From Oscillospiraceae bacterium (lineage in GTDB: Bacteria; Bacillota; Clostridia; Oscillospirales; Acutalibacteraceae), in contig CADCLS010000002.1 in NCBI GenBank assembly GCA_902802375.1, positions 63,210 through 127,209 of the forward strand: DNA of 64,000 nucleotides, given 5' to 3'. Below the pieces are notes generated by a model. That model was not told the origin of the DNA and made no database searches. It was given only the letters and a program-made list of their open reading frames with translations. This document shows, piece after piece, positions 8,098-21,071 of this stretch (position 1 is its first letter; each line of letters starts with the position of its first letter). The position numbers were made by a program, and so were the translations under genes.

Positions 8098-9324
8098 TCA
8101 TAGTAGCGTCTTTATCAATTTGATACTGTCATATTTAAGCGCTTTAAGCTTTTCCTTTATGTTCTGCTCATAATCTTCATCTGTTATAAAGGCAATTTCA
8201 CCCAAATCACAGTTCTTTATATTTACAGTGCTTTCGCCGAACACTGTATTAAAGCTCTCGTCGAGCGCTTCAAAATCGGAAGACTTGGCAAGTACATAAA
8301 ACCTTTGCTTGGAATTATCCTCTACAACATAGCCTTCTTCGCTCTCTTGCCAGTCAAAATACTTTCTCGCGTTAAGATGTTTTGCACAGTCTATTATATC
8401 AGCGACCACAGCGCTTGCCGTAGGCATTTTTCCGGCGCCTTTTCCGTAAAACATAACATCGCCCGTCGCGTCGCCTCTTACGACTATTGCATTAAATACT
8501 CCGTCAACATTAGATAGTATATTATCGTGGCCTACAAGTCTCGGTGCTACATCGGCGCAGATTTTACCGTTTGGTAATTTCTTGGCTCTGGCTATCAGCT
8601 TTATCGCACAGTTAAATTTACCTGCGTACGCTACATCGTCAAGCGTTATATTGCTTATGCCTTCCGTTTTTACTTCGCTTGGGTATACATGCTTTCCAAA
8701 GGCGAGTGACGCGAGTATACAAATCTTTCTGCAGGCGTCGTGACCTTCAATATCGGCAGTAGGGTCTTTTTCGGCAAACCCTTTTTCCTTGGCTAAGGAT
8801 AGGGCAGTGTCAAAATCCATACTATCCACTATCATTTTATTTAATATGTAGTTAGTTGTTCCGTTAAGTATACCGGTAACGCGGTTTATATCGTTTGCCG
8901 CAAGGCACTGCGCCATAGGTCTCAAAATCGGGATACCGCCGCCTACGCTCGCCTCAAAGAGAAAATTAACATTTTTCTCCGCTGCAATTTTAAGAAGCTC
9001 GGCGCCTTTGGCCGCAACCAGCTCTTTATTTGATGTAACAACGCTCTTACCTGCTTCAAGACATCTTTTTACAAAGTCATAAGCAGGGTTTATTCCACCC
9101 ATTACTTCGGCAACAATCCTTACTTCGCGGTCGTTTACTATCTTTTCAAAGTCTTTTGTGAACTTATCGGCATATGTTAAATTGCTGAAGTCACGCAACT
9201 CAAGTATATACTTAACCGCGATATCTTCGCGCACCTTATCTTTAACGCGGTCATTGTGCTTTATCATTATCTCGGCAACACCCGAGCCTACCGTTCCGTG
9301 ACCTAAAATTGCTGTGTAAATCAT
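8098..9324 (-). CDS. hom: homoserine dehydrogenase
   Basis: N-terminal GxGxVG (LGHGTVGSG), a central catalytic domain and a C-terminal ACT-like region. Sits in an operon with lysC. Confidence 0.85.
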   Translation of the reverse strand: MIYTAILGHGTVGSGVAEIMIKHNDRVKDKVREDIAVKYILELRDFSNLTYADKFTKDFEKIVNDREVRIVAEVMGGINPAYDFVKRCLEAGKSVVTSNKELVAAKGAELLKIAAEKNVNFLFEASVGGGIPILRPMAQCLAANDINRVTGILNGTTNYILNKMIVDSMDFDTALSLAKEKGFAEKDPTADIEGHDACRKICILASLAFGKHVYPSEVKTEGISNITLDDVAYAGKFNCAIKLIARAKKLPNGKICADVAPRLVGHDNILSNVDGVFNAIVVRGDATGDVMFYGKGAGKMPTASAVVADIIDCAKHLNARKYFDWQESEEGYVVEDNSKQRFYVLAKSSDFEALDESFNTVFGESTVNIKNCDLGEIAFITDEDYEQNIKEKLKALKYDSIKLIKTLL

Positions 9325-9327
9325 CTG

Positions 9328-9759
9328 TTAATGTACCTCTCTGATAGAAATAATACCGTCAACCGTTTTGAGCCGACTGAGCAACTCGGAAACCGAGATT
9401 TTTGTGTTATCCGTACGCACGGTAATGGTTACTGCCGCCGTACCGCCCATTGGCTTTTCCTGGTTTACGGTTAGTATGTTCGCGCCGTAGCTTGATAACA
9501 CCGCCGTCATAGCCGAAAAAACACCCGACCTATCAGATAGAACGGCTCCTAAGGTTAATTCGTGACGGTCTTCGGTTTCGTACTTAAAAACATTGTCCTT
9601 ATATTTATAATAAGCGCTTCGGGATATGCCTGCAGCCTTAACTGCTTTTGATACATTAGTGGCTTTACCCGAGGATATAAGTTCCTTTGCGACGACCACT
9701 CCTTTGAACACATCGGGCAGCACGCCGGAATTTACAAGCAGATAAAAATCTTTTTCCAT
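9328..9759 (-). CDS. ACT domain-containing protein (UPF0735/PheB-like)
   Basis: 143 aa. The N-terminal HTH-like segment (NVSKAVKAAGISRSAYYKY) plus a C-terminal ACT-like half is typical of the gene that precedes hom in Clostridia. Confidence 0.65.
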   Translation of the reverse strand: MEKDFYLLVNSGVLPDVFKGVVVAKELISSGKATNVSKAVKAAGISRSAYYKYKDNVFKYETEDRHELTLGAVLSDRSGVFSAMTAVLSSYGANILTVNQEKPMGGTAAVTITVRTDNTKISVSELLSRLKTVDGIISIREVH

Positions 9760-9864
9760 AGGTGTCCTCCCACAAAAAACGCTGTCCTCAATTATATTAC
9801 ACTTTTTTCAAAAAATCAACCCATTTTTTTAATTTTTCGGAAATATTATTAAATAGGTGATAAT

Positions 9865-10914
9865 ATGACGGCTGAATATAAAAAAGATTTTCTTTTGAAT
9901 GTATTATTCATGGGTGCGGTAATAGGTTTAGTGCTTCTCGCTTCGCGTTTCTTGCTTTTCTATCTTTTCCCGTTTGTAATAGGCGTTATTGTTGCGCTTT
10001 TGGCACAAAAGCCTGCACAAAAAATATCAGATAAAATAAGTATAAAAAAGCAAAGCTGCGCAGTTGTGCTGACAATTATTTTCTGCTTCCTGTTCTTTGC
10101 ACTCATATTTTTAATTTCCTGGGCGCTTTGGGGAAAAACAAGCGACCTATTAAGACTTATGCCTAAGTATTTCTCCGATGTGCAAAGTTCTTTTGAAAAA
10201 TTCAGGAACGGTATTATTAAGAATATGCCTTCGCTCTCGCTTTCGCAAAAAGATGCGGTCAATGATATATTCTCTGATACTGTAAGCTCGGTTTTATCGT
10301 CGGCAACAAGATTTTTATCCTCACTTGCAACAGGTCTTATAAAAGGACTTCCGGCTTTTCTGATAAGCAGTCTTGTTACGGTGGTGGCGAGTTGTTATAT
10401 CGCAAAGGATTTTGACAAACTCAAAAAATTTGTTTTAGGTCTTATGTCAAATGAGAGGGCAGTAAAAATCGCGCAGATAAAAAGTATCTTAGGCGAAAAC
10501 ACCGCTAAATTCATTAAAGGATATGCGCTTATTACCCTTATCACATTTTTTGAACTCACCTTAGCGTTTATAATACTCGGCGTTAACAGTCCCCTGATTT
10601 TGGCATTTATTGTGGCATTTGTTGATTTGCTTCCCGTGCTTGGCGTCGGTACTATATTGGTGCCGTGGTCAGTTGTTGAGTTTTTAGGGCAGAATTACTT
10701 TTTAGGCGCAGGACTTTTAATTTCCTACGCTATAATTGCCATTGTGCGTAATTTTATTGAACCGAAAATAATCGGAGAGCAAATAGGTATTAACCCGATT
10801 TTTACTTTGGTATCAATGTTTTTAGGACTTAAAACAGCAGGAATTATAGGTATGATTTTGTGCCCTTTAGCACTTACTGTTGTGGTAGGCTATTATAAGA
10901 AAACCGAGATATGA
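9865..10914 (+). CDS. AI-2E family transporter / sporulation membrane protein YtvI-like
   Basis: 349 aa polytopic membrane protein. The C-terminal EPKIIGEQIGINP motif is typical of the AI-2E/PerM family. Confidence 0.65.
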   Translation: MTAEYKKDFLLNVLFMGAVIGLVLLASRFLLFYLFPFVIGVIVALLAQKPAQKISDKISIKKQSCAVVLTIIFCFLFFALIFLISWALWGKTSDLLRLMPKYFSDVQSSFEKFRNGIIKNMPSLSLSQKDAVNDIFSDTVSSVLSSATRFLSSLATGLIKGLPAFLISSLVTVVASCYIAKDFDKLKKFVLGLMSNERAVKIAQIKSILGENTAKFIKGYALITLITFFELTLAFIILGVNSPLILAFIVAFVDLLPVLGVGTILVPWSVVEFLGQNYFLGAGLLISYAIIAIVRNFIEPKIIGEQIGINPIFTLVSMFLGLKTAGIIGMILCPLALTVVVGYYKKTEI

Positions 10915-10943
10915 AAAAAGCGGCGGAAATCTCCGCCGCTTTA
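10915..10943. terminator. bidirectional terminator between the ytvI-like gene and atpC
   Basis: Stem AGCGGCGGA/TCCGCCGCT with A and T runs on both sides. Confidence 0.7.
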
Positions 10944-10944
10944 G

Positions 10945-13432
<2,488 letters not shown>

Positions 13433-13435
13433 ACC

Positions 13436-14929
13436 TTATTCACTCATTTCATCAAGTATAGCTTTTAGTGCGTTGATTTCTTTATCTTCAAAATTGCCGC
13501 TTTCGAGGCTTAAAAGCAGGTCTTGTGCCTTGTTTTCAAGCTTTTCGTAAAGCCGTGCCTCGTAGTCTTTTACTTTATCGACAGGTGTGGAATTGAGGTA
13601 TCCGTTTGTTACGGCATAGATTATCGCCACTTGACAACCCACTCTTACCGGACTGTTTCTCTTTTGTTTTAACACTTCAACTATTCTTTCACCAAGAGCT
13701 AGACGCGCTTTTGTATCTGCGTCCAAATCACTGCCGAACTGTGCAAAAGACTGTAATTCTCTATACTGAGAATAGATAAGCTTTAATTCGCCCGATACCT
13801 TTTTCATAGGTTTTAGCTGAGCCGAGCCGCCAACACGCGATACAGAGATACCGGGGTTTATAGCCGGCATAACGCCTGCGTGGAAAAGCTCTGTTTCAAG
13901 GAAAATCTGACCGTCGGTAATAGAAATTACATTAGTAGGAATATATGCCGAAACATCGCCTGCCTGTGTTTCAATTATTGGCAGTGCCGTGATAGAGCCG
14001 CCGCCGTATTCTTTAGATACACACGCCGCGCGTTCAAGAAGACGCGAATGCAGATAGAATACATCGCCGGGGTAAGCCTCACGGCCGGGCGGTCTTCTGA
14101 TAAGAAGTGACAGAGCACGGTAAGCTACCGCGTGCTTTGAAAGGTCGTCATATATAATTAAAACATCTTTGCCTTGTTTTCTGAAATATTCCGCCATAGC
14201 GCAACCCGAATAGGGAGCTATATACTGAAGGGGGGCAGTCTCAGATGCAGAAGCCGATACAACTATTGTATAGTCCATAGCGCCTGCCTTTGTCAGCTCG
14301 TTTACAAGACCTACAACAGAGGTGCTCTTTTGACCTATTGCAACATAAATGCAGAGAACATCGGTGTTTTTCTGGTTTATAATTGTATCAATGGCAATCT
14401 CGGTCTTACCGGTTTGGCGGTCGCCGATAAGAAGCTCACGCTGACCGCGACCGATAGGTATCATACTGTCAATAGCCTTAATACCCGTCTGAAGCGGAAC
14501 CGATACGCCCTCGCGTTCGATAATGCCGGGAGCCTCCGCTTCTATCGGCATATACTCGTCAGCATCAATAGGTCCTTTGCCGTCAATAGGCATACCTAAC
14601 GCGTTTACAACACGGCCTAAAAACTTTTCGCCTGCCGGCACCGATAAAACCTTACCTGTGCGTTTTACAACAGTACCCTCACGGATTTTGTTATCGTCAG
14701 AGAGAATTGCGACGGATACCGTATCCTCTTCGAGGTTTTGCGCAAGTCCCGCACTGCCGTCTTCAAACTCCAAAAGCTCATTTGCCATACAATCCCGTAT
14801 TCCGTAAACGCGAGCGATACCGTCGCCGACCAGTATTACCCTGCCGGTTTCTTTCATTTCGATATGAGAATTGTAGTTTTTTATCTGTTCTTTTATAATA
14901 TAACTGATGTTATCGGATGCATTTTTCAT
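13436..14929 (-). CDS. atpA: F1 ATP synthase alpha subunit
   Basis: Walker A GDRQTGKT; 497 aa. Confidence 0.95.
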   Translation of the reverse strand: MKNASDNISYIIKEQIKNYNSHIEMKETGRVILVGDGIARVYGIRDCMANELLEFEDGSAGLAQNLEEDTVSVAILSDDNKIREGTVVKRTGKVLSVPAGEKFLGRVVNALGMPIDGKGPIDADEYMPIEAEAPGIIEREGVSVPLQTGIKAIDSMIPIGRGQRELLIGDRQTGKTEIAIDTIINQKNTDVLCIYVAIGQKSTSVVGLVNELTKAGAMDYTIVVSASASETAPLQYIAPYSGCAMAEYFRKQGKDVLIIYDDLSKHAVAYRALSLLIRRPPGREAYPGDVFYLHSRLLERAACVSKEYGGGSITALPIIETQAGDVSAYIPTNVISITDGQIFLETELFHAGVMPAINPGISVSRVGGSAQLKPMKKVSGELKLIYSQYRELQSFAQFGSDLDADTKARLALGERIVEVLKQKRNSPVRVGCQVAIIYAVTNGYLNSTPVDKVKDYEARLYEKLENKAQDLLLSLESGNFEDKEINALKAILDEMSE

Positions 14930-15465
14930 CCGGAAATCACTTCCTTAATATCGTGAAGTTGTTTTCTTACGCTGCCGTCAATTACCTTGTCTTCAAATTC
15001 GATTTTGATACCGCCGAGCATATTTTCGTCTATCACCGTTTTAAGCTTAACCTCGCTTGAAAGCTTTTTGTGAAGCTTTTCTTTTAGCTTTTCGAGCTGT
15101 TCGTCGCTTAACGGCACAGCGCTGTAAACCTTGGCGGTAACGCGGTTTTCCGCTTGTTTCCTGAGGGCTGAAAAAACTTTTATGCACTCATAAATTTCGG
15201 TGATTTTATTATGCTCGCACATTACCTTCAAAAAATTTAAGGTGTATTCGCCGATACTTCCGTAAAATGCCGCGTTTATAAGCTTTGTACGCTCGTGCTT
15301 CGGCAGACTCGGAGAATTAAGCAGCACAGCATAATCGGGATTTTCCCTGAAAGCATCTTTTACTTTCAAAAGGTCACCGTAAATTTCATCTAATTTGTCT
15401 TCCTCGACAGCCAGCATAAAAAGAGCTGTGGCAAAATCGTTACTCGCCAAAATCATCGTCTTCAC
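14926..15465 (-). CDS. atpH: F1 ATP synthase delta subunit (OSCP)
   Basis: Operon position and size (179 aa). The exact start is uncertain because the ORF overlaps the end of atpF. Confidence 0.8.
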   Translation of the reverse strand: MKTMILASNDFATALFMLAVEEDKLDEIYGDLLKVKDAFRENPDYAVLLNSPSLPKHERTKLINAAFYGSIGEYTLNFLKVMCEHNKITEIYECIKVFSALRKQAENRVTAKVYSAVPLSDEQLEKLKEKLHKKLSSEVKLKTVIDENMLGGIKIEFEDKVIDGSVRKQLHDIKEVISG

Positions 15466-15955
15466 CTATCTCATCAATAAATGAGTCTATAAGCTTTTTG
15501 TGGTCATCCGCATTTATCTCGCGTGAAAGAAGCTTTTCAGCAAGTGTAGATGATACATCTATTATCTGCTCTTTAATCTCTTTTTCCGCGCGAGCTTTTT
15601 CAAGCTCAGCTTGCGTTTCGGCGCGTTTCACTATGGCGTCCGCTTCCTCGCGGGCACCCTCTATGATTTTATCCGACCGCATAGCTGCGGTAGCGGTTGC
15701 ATTATTGATTATATCTTCGGCTTTAAGCTTTGCGCCGTTAAGTCGCGTTTCGTACTCTGCTTTAAGACTTTGCGCTTCACTGTTTGCCGAATTTGCTTTA
15801 TCATACTGCCTGTCAAGCTCTTCTTGCCTCTTTTTAAGTATCTTATCCACCGGTTTATATAGAAACTTTTTAAGCACTAAAAACAGGATAGTGAGGTTAA
15901 TAAGGGCAATAAGTATCTGCCAGATATTTACAGATATTACATCAAGATGCTGCAT
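15440..15955 (-). CDS. atpF: Fo ATP synthase b subunit
   Basis: A single N-terminal TM helix followed by a long charged helix rich in A/E/K. Confidence 0.85.
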   Translation of the reverse strand: MQHLDVISVNIWQILIALINLTILFLVLKKFLYKPVDKILKKRQEELDRQYDKANSANSEAQSLKAEYETRLNGAKLKAEDIINNATATAAMRSDKIIEGAREEADAIVKRAETQAELEKARAEKEIKEQIIDVSSTLAEKLLSREINADDHKKLIDSFIDEIGEDDDFGE

Positions 15956-15956
15956 A

Positions 15957-16259
<303 letters not shown>

Positions 16260-17162
16260 TTATATATTTTCTTTATTTAATTGTTTATTTTGCCGTTTTG
16301 CCTTCTTTTTGGCGTAATCTTCGGCAGGGAAGGCACCTGCTATATAAAGCATTGTAAGCATTGCAAATATAAACGCCTGTAAAAGACCGCTGAATATGTC
16401 AAAGTACACAGATAAAACTGCCGGAATTCCTATTTGTAAAAACGGTATGTTGCCGAGCAATCCCGGAAGCTTTCCGAAAATAAGACTTGAAAGACCTTGA
16501 AGCGCTACCGCTACAAGCACTGATATAACCGAGCCGGAAAGCACATTTCCGTAATGACGGAATGCCATAGAGACCGGTGTTGCAAATTCGCTTATGATGT
16601 TAAGCGGTGCCAAAAACGGCACAGGGTCACCGAAGGATTTAATATAATGAATAGGACCGCACTTAAATTTGTAATAGGTTATCAGGAAAAACACAAGTAT
16701 CGCCCAGCCGCCGGTAGTGTTAATATCTGAAGTCGGCGGATAAAGACCTATAAGCGTAAGAAGACTGGAAAAAGCAGAAAGCCCCATTATAGCGGCAACG
16801 AAGGGCGCAAAATCCGTAAAATAATCACCCATATTGCCTTTAACTAAATTTTTTGTTTTTTCCACAACCCATTCGGCAACTAATTGTCTTTTAAGTTCAA
16901 TATGAACGGATATACCATGCGTTATGTATTTGCAAAGCCAAAATATCGACCAAATAACGACCCATGAGTTCACCTGAGTTTCGGTTATGGGTAAATCGGA
17001 AAGAGGAAGCTTTACGGTGAAATAGACAAGAGCGCCGGATATGCTTATATCATCAGAATGCGGAGTAAAAAGCACTTTAAGCACTATCAAGAACAAAGGT
17101 CCTAATGCCATAAGACAGAGGTAAATAATGTCTACCGCCAAAAAATTCTTTTTATTTTTCAC
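16260..17162 (-). CDS. atpB: Fo ATP synthase a subunit
   Basis: Polytopic membrane protein with the essential Arg context AFRHYGNVLSG. It has a long N-terminal extension. Confidence 0.85.
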   Translation of the reverse strand: MKNKKNFLAVDIIYLCLMALGPLFLIVLKVLFTPHSDDISISGALVYFTVKLPLSDLPITETQVNSWVVIWSIFWLCKYITHGISVHIELKRQLVAEWVVEKTKNLVKGNMGDYFTDFAPFVAAIMGLSAFSSLLTLIGLYPPTSDINTTGGWAILVFFLITYYKFKCGPIHYIKSFGDPVPFLAPLNIISEFATPVSMAFRHYGNVLSGSVISVLVAVALQGLSSLIFGKLPGLLGNIPFLQIGIPAVLSVYFDIFSGLLQAFIFAMLTMLYIAGAFPAEDYAKKKAKRQNKQLNKENI

Positions 17163-17194
17163 CGAAACACCTCCTTATAAGATTTTCAGAAATT

Positions 17195-17569
17195 TTACTT
17201 TTTTATTTGTCGTGCCGATATTGCTATTCTCGGAAAGAAAATCGGAATAATAACGGCTATCGGGTCAAAGCATTTTATAAGCACGCCTGCCACTGTAAAG
17301 GCAAAGATGCCGAAAAATCTTGCGGTTTGCGAAAAACGCAAGACCTTTTTTGCATCATCAGTATCTTTCTCAACCGCTTTTTGAACACCGATTCCCATAA
17401 GCAAGAAGTTGCCTACACCGATAATCAGTCCTAAAAGATTTCCGAGCAAAACAGTGTAATCAAAACGGCGAAGTATTATTAAATATACCGCCTGCATAAA
17501 AAGACTCATCACTATGGAAAAAAGCGCAATATATCGGGTTTCTTTGATAACTGTATCACTAATTTTCAC
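17195..17569 (-). CDS. atpI: AtpI-like small membrane protein (ATP synthase protein I)
   Basis: 124 aa with about four hydrophobic segments; first gene of the operon. GTG start after AAAGGAGG. Confidence 0.55.
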   Translation of the reverse strand: MKISDTVIKETRYIALFSIVMSLFMQAVYLIILRRFDYTVLLGNLLGLIIGVGNFLLMGIGVQKAVEKDTDDAKKVLRFSQTARFFGIFAFTVAGVLIKCFDPIAVIIPIFFPRIAISARQIKK

Positions 17570-17599
17570 TGTGCTTAAGCCTCCTTTTACACTCTGGAT

Positions 17600-17628
17600 A
17601 TTCTAACATAAAATCACAGTATAGTCAA
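17600..17628 (-). promoter_or_regulatory. candidate atp operon promoter
   Basis: Minus strand reads TTGACT (17628..17623), 17 nt, TAGAAT (17605..17600). Confidence 0.55.
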
Positions 17629-17644
17629 CGGTAAATAATAAGCG

Positions 17645-18571
17645 TTATAGCTTTTGAAGCATTCTGTCTATTGCTTCATCACTTGAAAAATCGAGGTTTT
17701 CGGCTTTATACAAAGACCAGCTTTCGATATGCTCGATTTCTTCTTGCGGTGCAAGCTTTTCAGCATTTGACAGCGTTTCGATTTCTATAAATTTATCACA
17801 GTTATATGTTTCGAATGAACTGCCGTTATCAAAATACGGTTTTTCGCCGTGGAATGTATCAAATTCTTTTCTGAAAACATTTCCGTTCACAAAATAATAC
17901 GAGTTACCGCGTTTCAAATCAAAGCCAAGTTTCATTGGGCTTCCTTCGGCAGTGTTCTCAATCACGGCATATTTATCACTTATATCAAAGCGATAATCTT
18001 TCATATCAGTATAAGGCCAAACGGAAATTACGCGATTCGGGAGAAGCCCGGTATCATCATTATTCATAGGTAGTATGAGCGTGCCGCCTGTAGTGCAAAC
18101 AGTCAGTGCCCAAAGCGCGCAGTTGCGAATATCATTGCTTATGTTTTTAAGCGTCATTATGACCTGCATATTTGCATCGTCGTTGTCCATTTTAATTTCA
18201 AGTGTTTTCTTAAAGCCTGCTTTTTCACTCGCATCACTTGTAAATACTGCACCGTTTTTTGTTTTAGTGTATGTTACCGGCAAATCATCCGGTGTATATG
18301 TAATCGGCCATGCTTCCGGTGCTGCCCAAATTCTGTGTCCTCCTAAATTTTCCCACTTTTTGCCTGTGCCGAAAAGCTTTTCGTAGCTCTCGTCGGTATT
18401 TCCGCCTAAAAGCTTGCGGTCATCACACAAAATGTTTTTTCCGTCTGTAAATCCGAAAAATATAATGCGCGGTCCTAAATCCAATGTTACCACCGCACGA
18501 ATTACACCGTTTTCTATTTCGAGCGCTCTGCCGTAATCCTTGTAACAATCAAGTTCCTTAAAGTTAATCAT
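17645..18571 (-). CDS. hypothetical protein (possibly galactose-mutarotase-like fold, DUF4380-like)
   Basis: 308-aa ORF with a 4-nt overlap to tmcAL. I could not verify any motif, so the fold assignment rests on recollection only. Confidence 0.4.
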   Translation of the reverse strand: MINFKELDCYKDYGRALEIENGVIRAVVTLDLGPRIIFFGFTDGKNILCDDRKLLGGNTDESYEKLFGTGKKWENLGGHRIWAAPEAWPITYTPDDLPVTYTKTKNGAVFTSDASEKAGFKKTLEIKMDNDDANMQVIMTLKNISNDIRNCALWALTVCTTGGTLILPMNNDDTGLLPNRVISVWPYTDMKDYRFDISDKYAVIENTAEGSPMKLGFDLKRGNSYYFVNGNVFRKEFDTFHGEKPYFDNGSSFETYNCDKFIEIETLSNAEKLAPQEEIEHIESWSLYKAENLDFSSDEAIDRMLQKL

Positions 18572-19740
18572 ATCAGTTCCTCCGATTTCAAAAATTTTCT
18601 TTTGTATTCAAGTCCCGCTTCAAGAGGACTTTTAAGTGACAATGTATAAATATCCGTCGCTCGGCATTCGGCAGAAAATACCTTTTCGGCATCTGCTGAC
18701 AGCGCCTTTATTTGTGCCGGTTTGGTCAAAACATCATAAAGGGTGCCCTTTGATAGTTCGCCTAACCCTTTTTCACTTGCACCGAGAAGACGCACATACG
18801 GCGGAGTTCTCATAAAGAAAGAGTTATCAAACCCTAAAAATGCAGAAAGTATTAGCCGTCTGACACGAGCTAGAGTATATCTTTTACTTTTAAGCTGCGC
18901 CTGCAACTCTTCAAGTGAAGTTGCCACGCGTACCGCAAATTCAAGACGGTTGTGGAGTCCCTCGCTAATATCGGGAAGAGTAGCGAAATCTTTAGCCGTC
19001 TTAGTCCTGAGAGCTGAGAGAATAGCCGTCTCAAGACGCTTAGTATCAGCAATATCCTTTTTGCATATGTCACCGTGAAGATTGCTTGGCATAAATCTCT
19101 CGGCAAAAGCGATATTTCCACGCATAAGCTCTTCTCTTATATAAGAGGCAGAGACAAAATCACCCGAAATACATCGGCTGTCGTGAGAGGCTCCCTCGCG
19201 CTTTATACATCTGAAATTTATCGGCAAATTAAGCTTTTTTGCGGCGATAATATATTCAACACCTAAGTTGTCGTTAGGATTTCTAAGAACGGAAACATCT
19301 GCACCAAGCCGCCCTGCCGCCTCTTCACGAGCTACGGCAAATGTGTTGGCGCCGTTTACATCTTTTGTAAGTTCCTTAAAAAAGTCATCAGAACACATAA
19401 TATCCGCGATGGATGTAAGCTTATCTATTTCACCGCACTCGCTGCCGAAAATTATTTCGTTACAGCCGAGGCTGTATAACTGCCATACACCGCCGAGTGC
19501 AAAATTCTGAGCAGTAGACATACTCCAAAGAGAAGGCAACTCAGCGACAATATCAACACCGCTTTTAAGCGCCAGCTCTGTTCTTTTACCTTTTTCGAGG
19601 CAGGCGCATTCGCCGCGCTGAACAAAGTTGCCTGATATGACTGCGGCTACCGGTTTTTCGAGTGCTTTCGCCGCGTCAATTAAATGCTTATGACCGTTAT
19701 GAAGAGGGTTGAATTCGGCAATTATTCCGGTTATGCCCAT
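18568..19740 (-). CDS. tmcAL: tRNA(Met) cytidine acetate ligase (nucleotidyltransferase, UPF0348)
   Basis: N-terminal GIIAEFNPLHNGHKHLI HxGH nucleotidyltransferase motif; ~390 aa, as in TmcAL. Confidence 0.75.
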   Translation of the reverse strand: MGITGIIAEFNPLHNGHKHLIDAAKALEKPVAAVISGNFVQRGECACLEKGKRTELALKSGVDIVAELPSLWSMSTAQNFALGGVWQLYSLGCNEIIFGSECGEIDKLTSIADIMCSDDFFKELTKDVNGANTFAVAREEAAGRLGADVSVLRNPNDNLGVEYIIAAKKLNLPINFRCIKREGASHDSRCISGDFVSASYIREELMRGNIAFAERFMPSNLHGDICKKDIADTKRLETAILSALRTKTAKDFATLPDISEGLHNRLEFAVRVATSLEELQAQLKSKRYTLARVRRLILSAFLGFDNSFFMRTPPYVRLLGASEKGLGELSKGTLYDVLTKPAQIKALSADAEKVFSAECRATDIYTLSLKSPLEAGLEYKRKFLKSEELI

Positions 19741-19861
19741 AATACAACCATCCTTTCAAAAAGCACTTGAAAAATCAGTACAAATACAGTATTATTATCA
19801 GTAGTATAATTTTACCATAAATTTACCAAATCTGCAATAACAATGTTGGGAGAAAGTAGAA

Positions 19862-21058
19862 ATGAAAATTTTTGTTGTAAACGCAGGAAGCTCATCGCTT
19901 AAATATCAGCTTATTGATATGGATAATGAAAGCGTACTTGCAAAGGGCCTTTGTGAACGCATAGGCGTTACAGGTGCTATATCTCATAAAGCGGCGGACG
20001 GAAGAGAGTACAAAGCCGAAACCCCGATGCCAACTCACAGCGAAGCCTTTGAAGCGGTGGTTTACGCTATGATGAAGAGCGACGCTAAGGTAATTGATTC
20101 TTTTGATGAAATTTCCGCAATAGGTCACCGTATAGTTCAGGGCGGTGCGATTTTCAAAGGCTCCTGCCTTGTAAACGATAAGGTTATCGAGCAAATTTCC
20201 GAGCTTGGCGCTATGGCGCCTCTTCATAATCCGGCACATGTTATAGCGATAAAGGCTTGTATAAAGACTTTTGGTGATAAAATCCCTCAGGTGGTTGTTT
20301 TTGATACTTCATTCCACCAGACAATGCCGCCAAAAGCATATATGTATGCGCTTCCCTATGATTACTACGAGCGCCTTGCCGTTCGCAAATACGGCGCACA
20401 CGGCACATCGCACCATTTTGTAAGCGACCGCGTAGCAGTTCTTGAAAACAAAGACAAAAAAGACCTCAAAATCATTACTTGTCACCTTGGAAACGGCTGT
20501 TCTATTACTGCTGTCAAAGACGGAGAATGCAAAGACACCTCAATGGGCTTTACTCCGCTTGACGGCTTTATGATGGGTACCCGTTCCGGCTCGCTTGACC
20601 CATCGGCGCTGACATATATTGCCGAGAAGGATAATCTTTCTGCTGCAGATATTAACGCTATATGCAACAAAAAGTCAGGTATGCTTGGAATTTCGGGCGT
20701 ATCAAACGATAATCGAGATATTGCCGCGGCGGCTCAGTCCGGTAACGAACGCGCGCGTCTTGCTATTGATATGCAGCGTTATCAGATACTTAAATTCATA
20801 GGCTCTTATATTGCCGCAATGAACGGTGTGGACGCGATAGCTTTCACCGGCGGTATCGGTGAAAACGACCCTGAGCTTCGCGAATATGTGTGTGAAAATC
20901 TTAAATATATGGGTGTTGAGATTGACAAAGAGGCGAACAAGTGCCGTGGTAAAGAAGTTAAGATTTCAACAGAAAACAGTAAGGTTGACATATTCGTTAT
21001 ACCGACTAACGAAGAGCTTGCAATAGCTCGCGATACTCTCGCTATTATTTCAAAATAA
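19862..21058 (+). CDS. ackA: acetate kinase
   Basis: MKIFVVNAGSSSLKYQL N-terminus; 398 aa. Confidence 0.95.
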   Translation: MKIFVVNAGSSSLKYQLIDMDNESVLAKGLCERIGVTGAISHKAADGREYKAETPMPTHSEAFEAVVYAMMKSDAKVIDSFDEISAIGHRIVQGGAIFKGSCLVNDKVIEQISELGAMAPLHNPAHVIAIKACIKTFGDKIPQVVVFDTSFHQTMPPKAYMYALPYDYYERLAVRKYGAHGTSHHFVSDRVAVLENKDKKDLKIITCHLGNGCSITAVKDGECKDTSMGFTPLDGFMMGTRSGSLDPSALTYIAEKDNLSAADINAICNKKSGMLGISGVSNDNRDIAAAAQSGNERARLAIDMQRYQILKFIGSYIAAMNGVDAIAFTGGIGENDPELREYVCENLKYMGVEIDKEANKCRGKEVKISTENSKVDIFVIPTNEELAIARDTLAIISK

Positions 21059-21071
21059 AGGGGAATTCTTT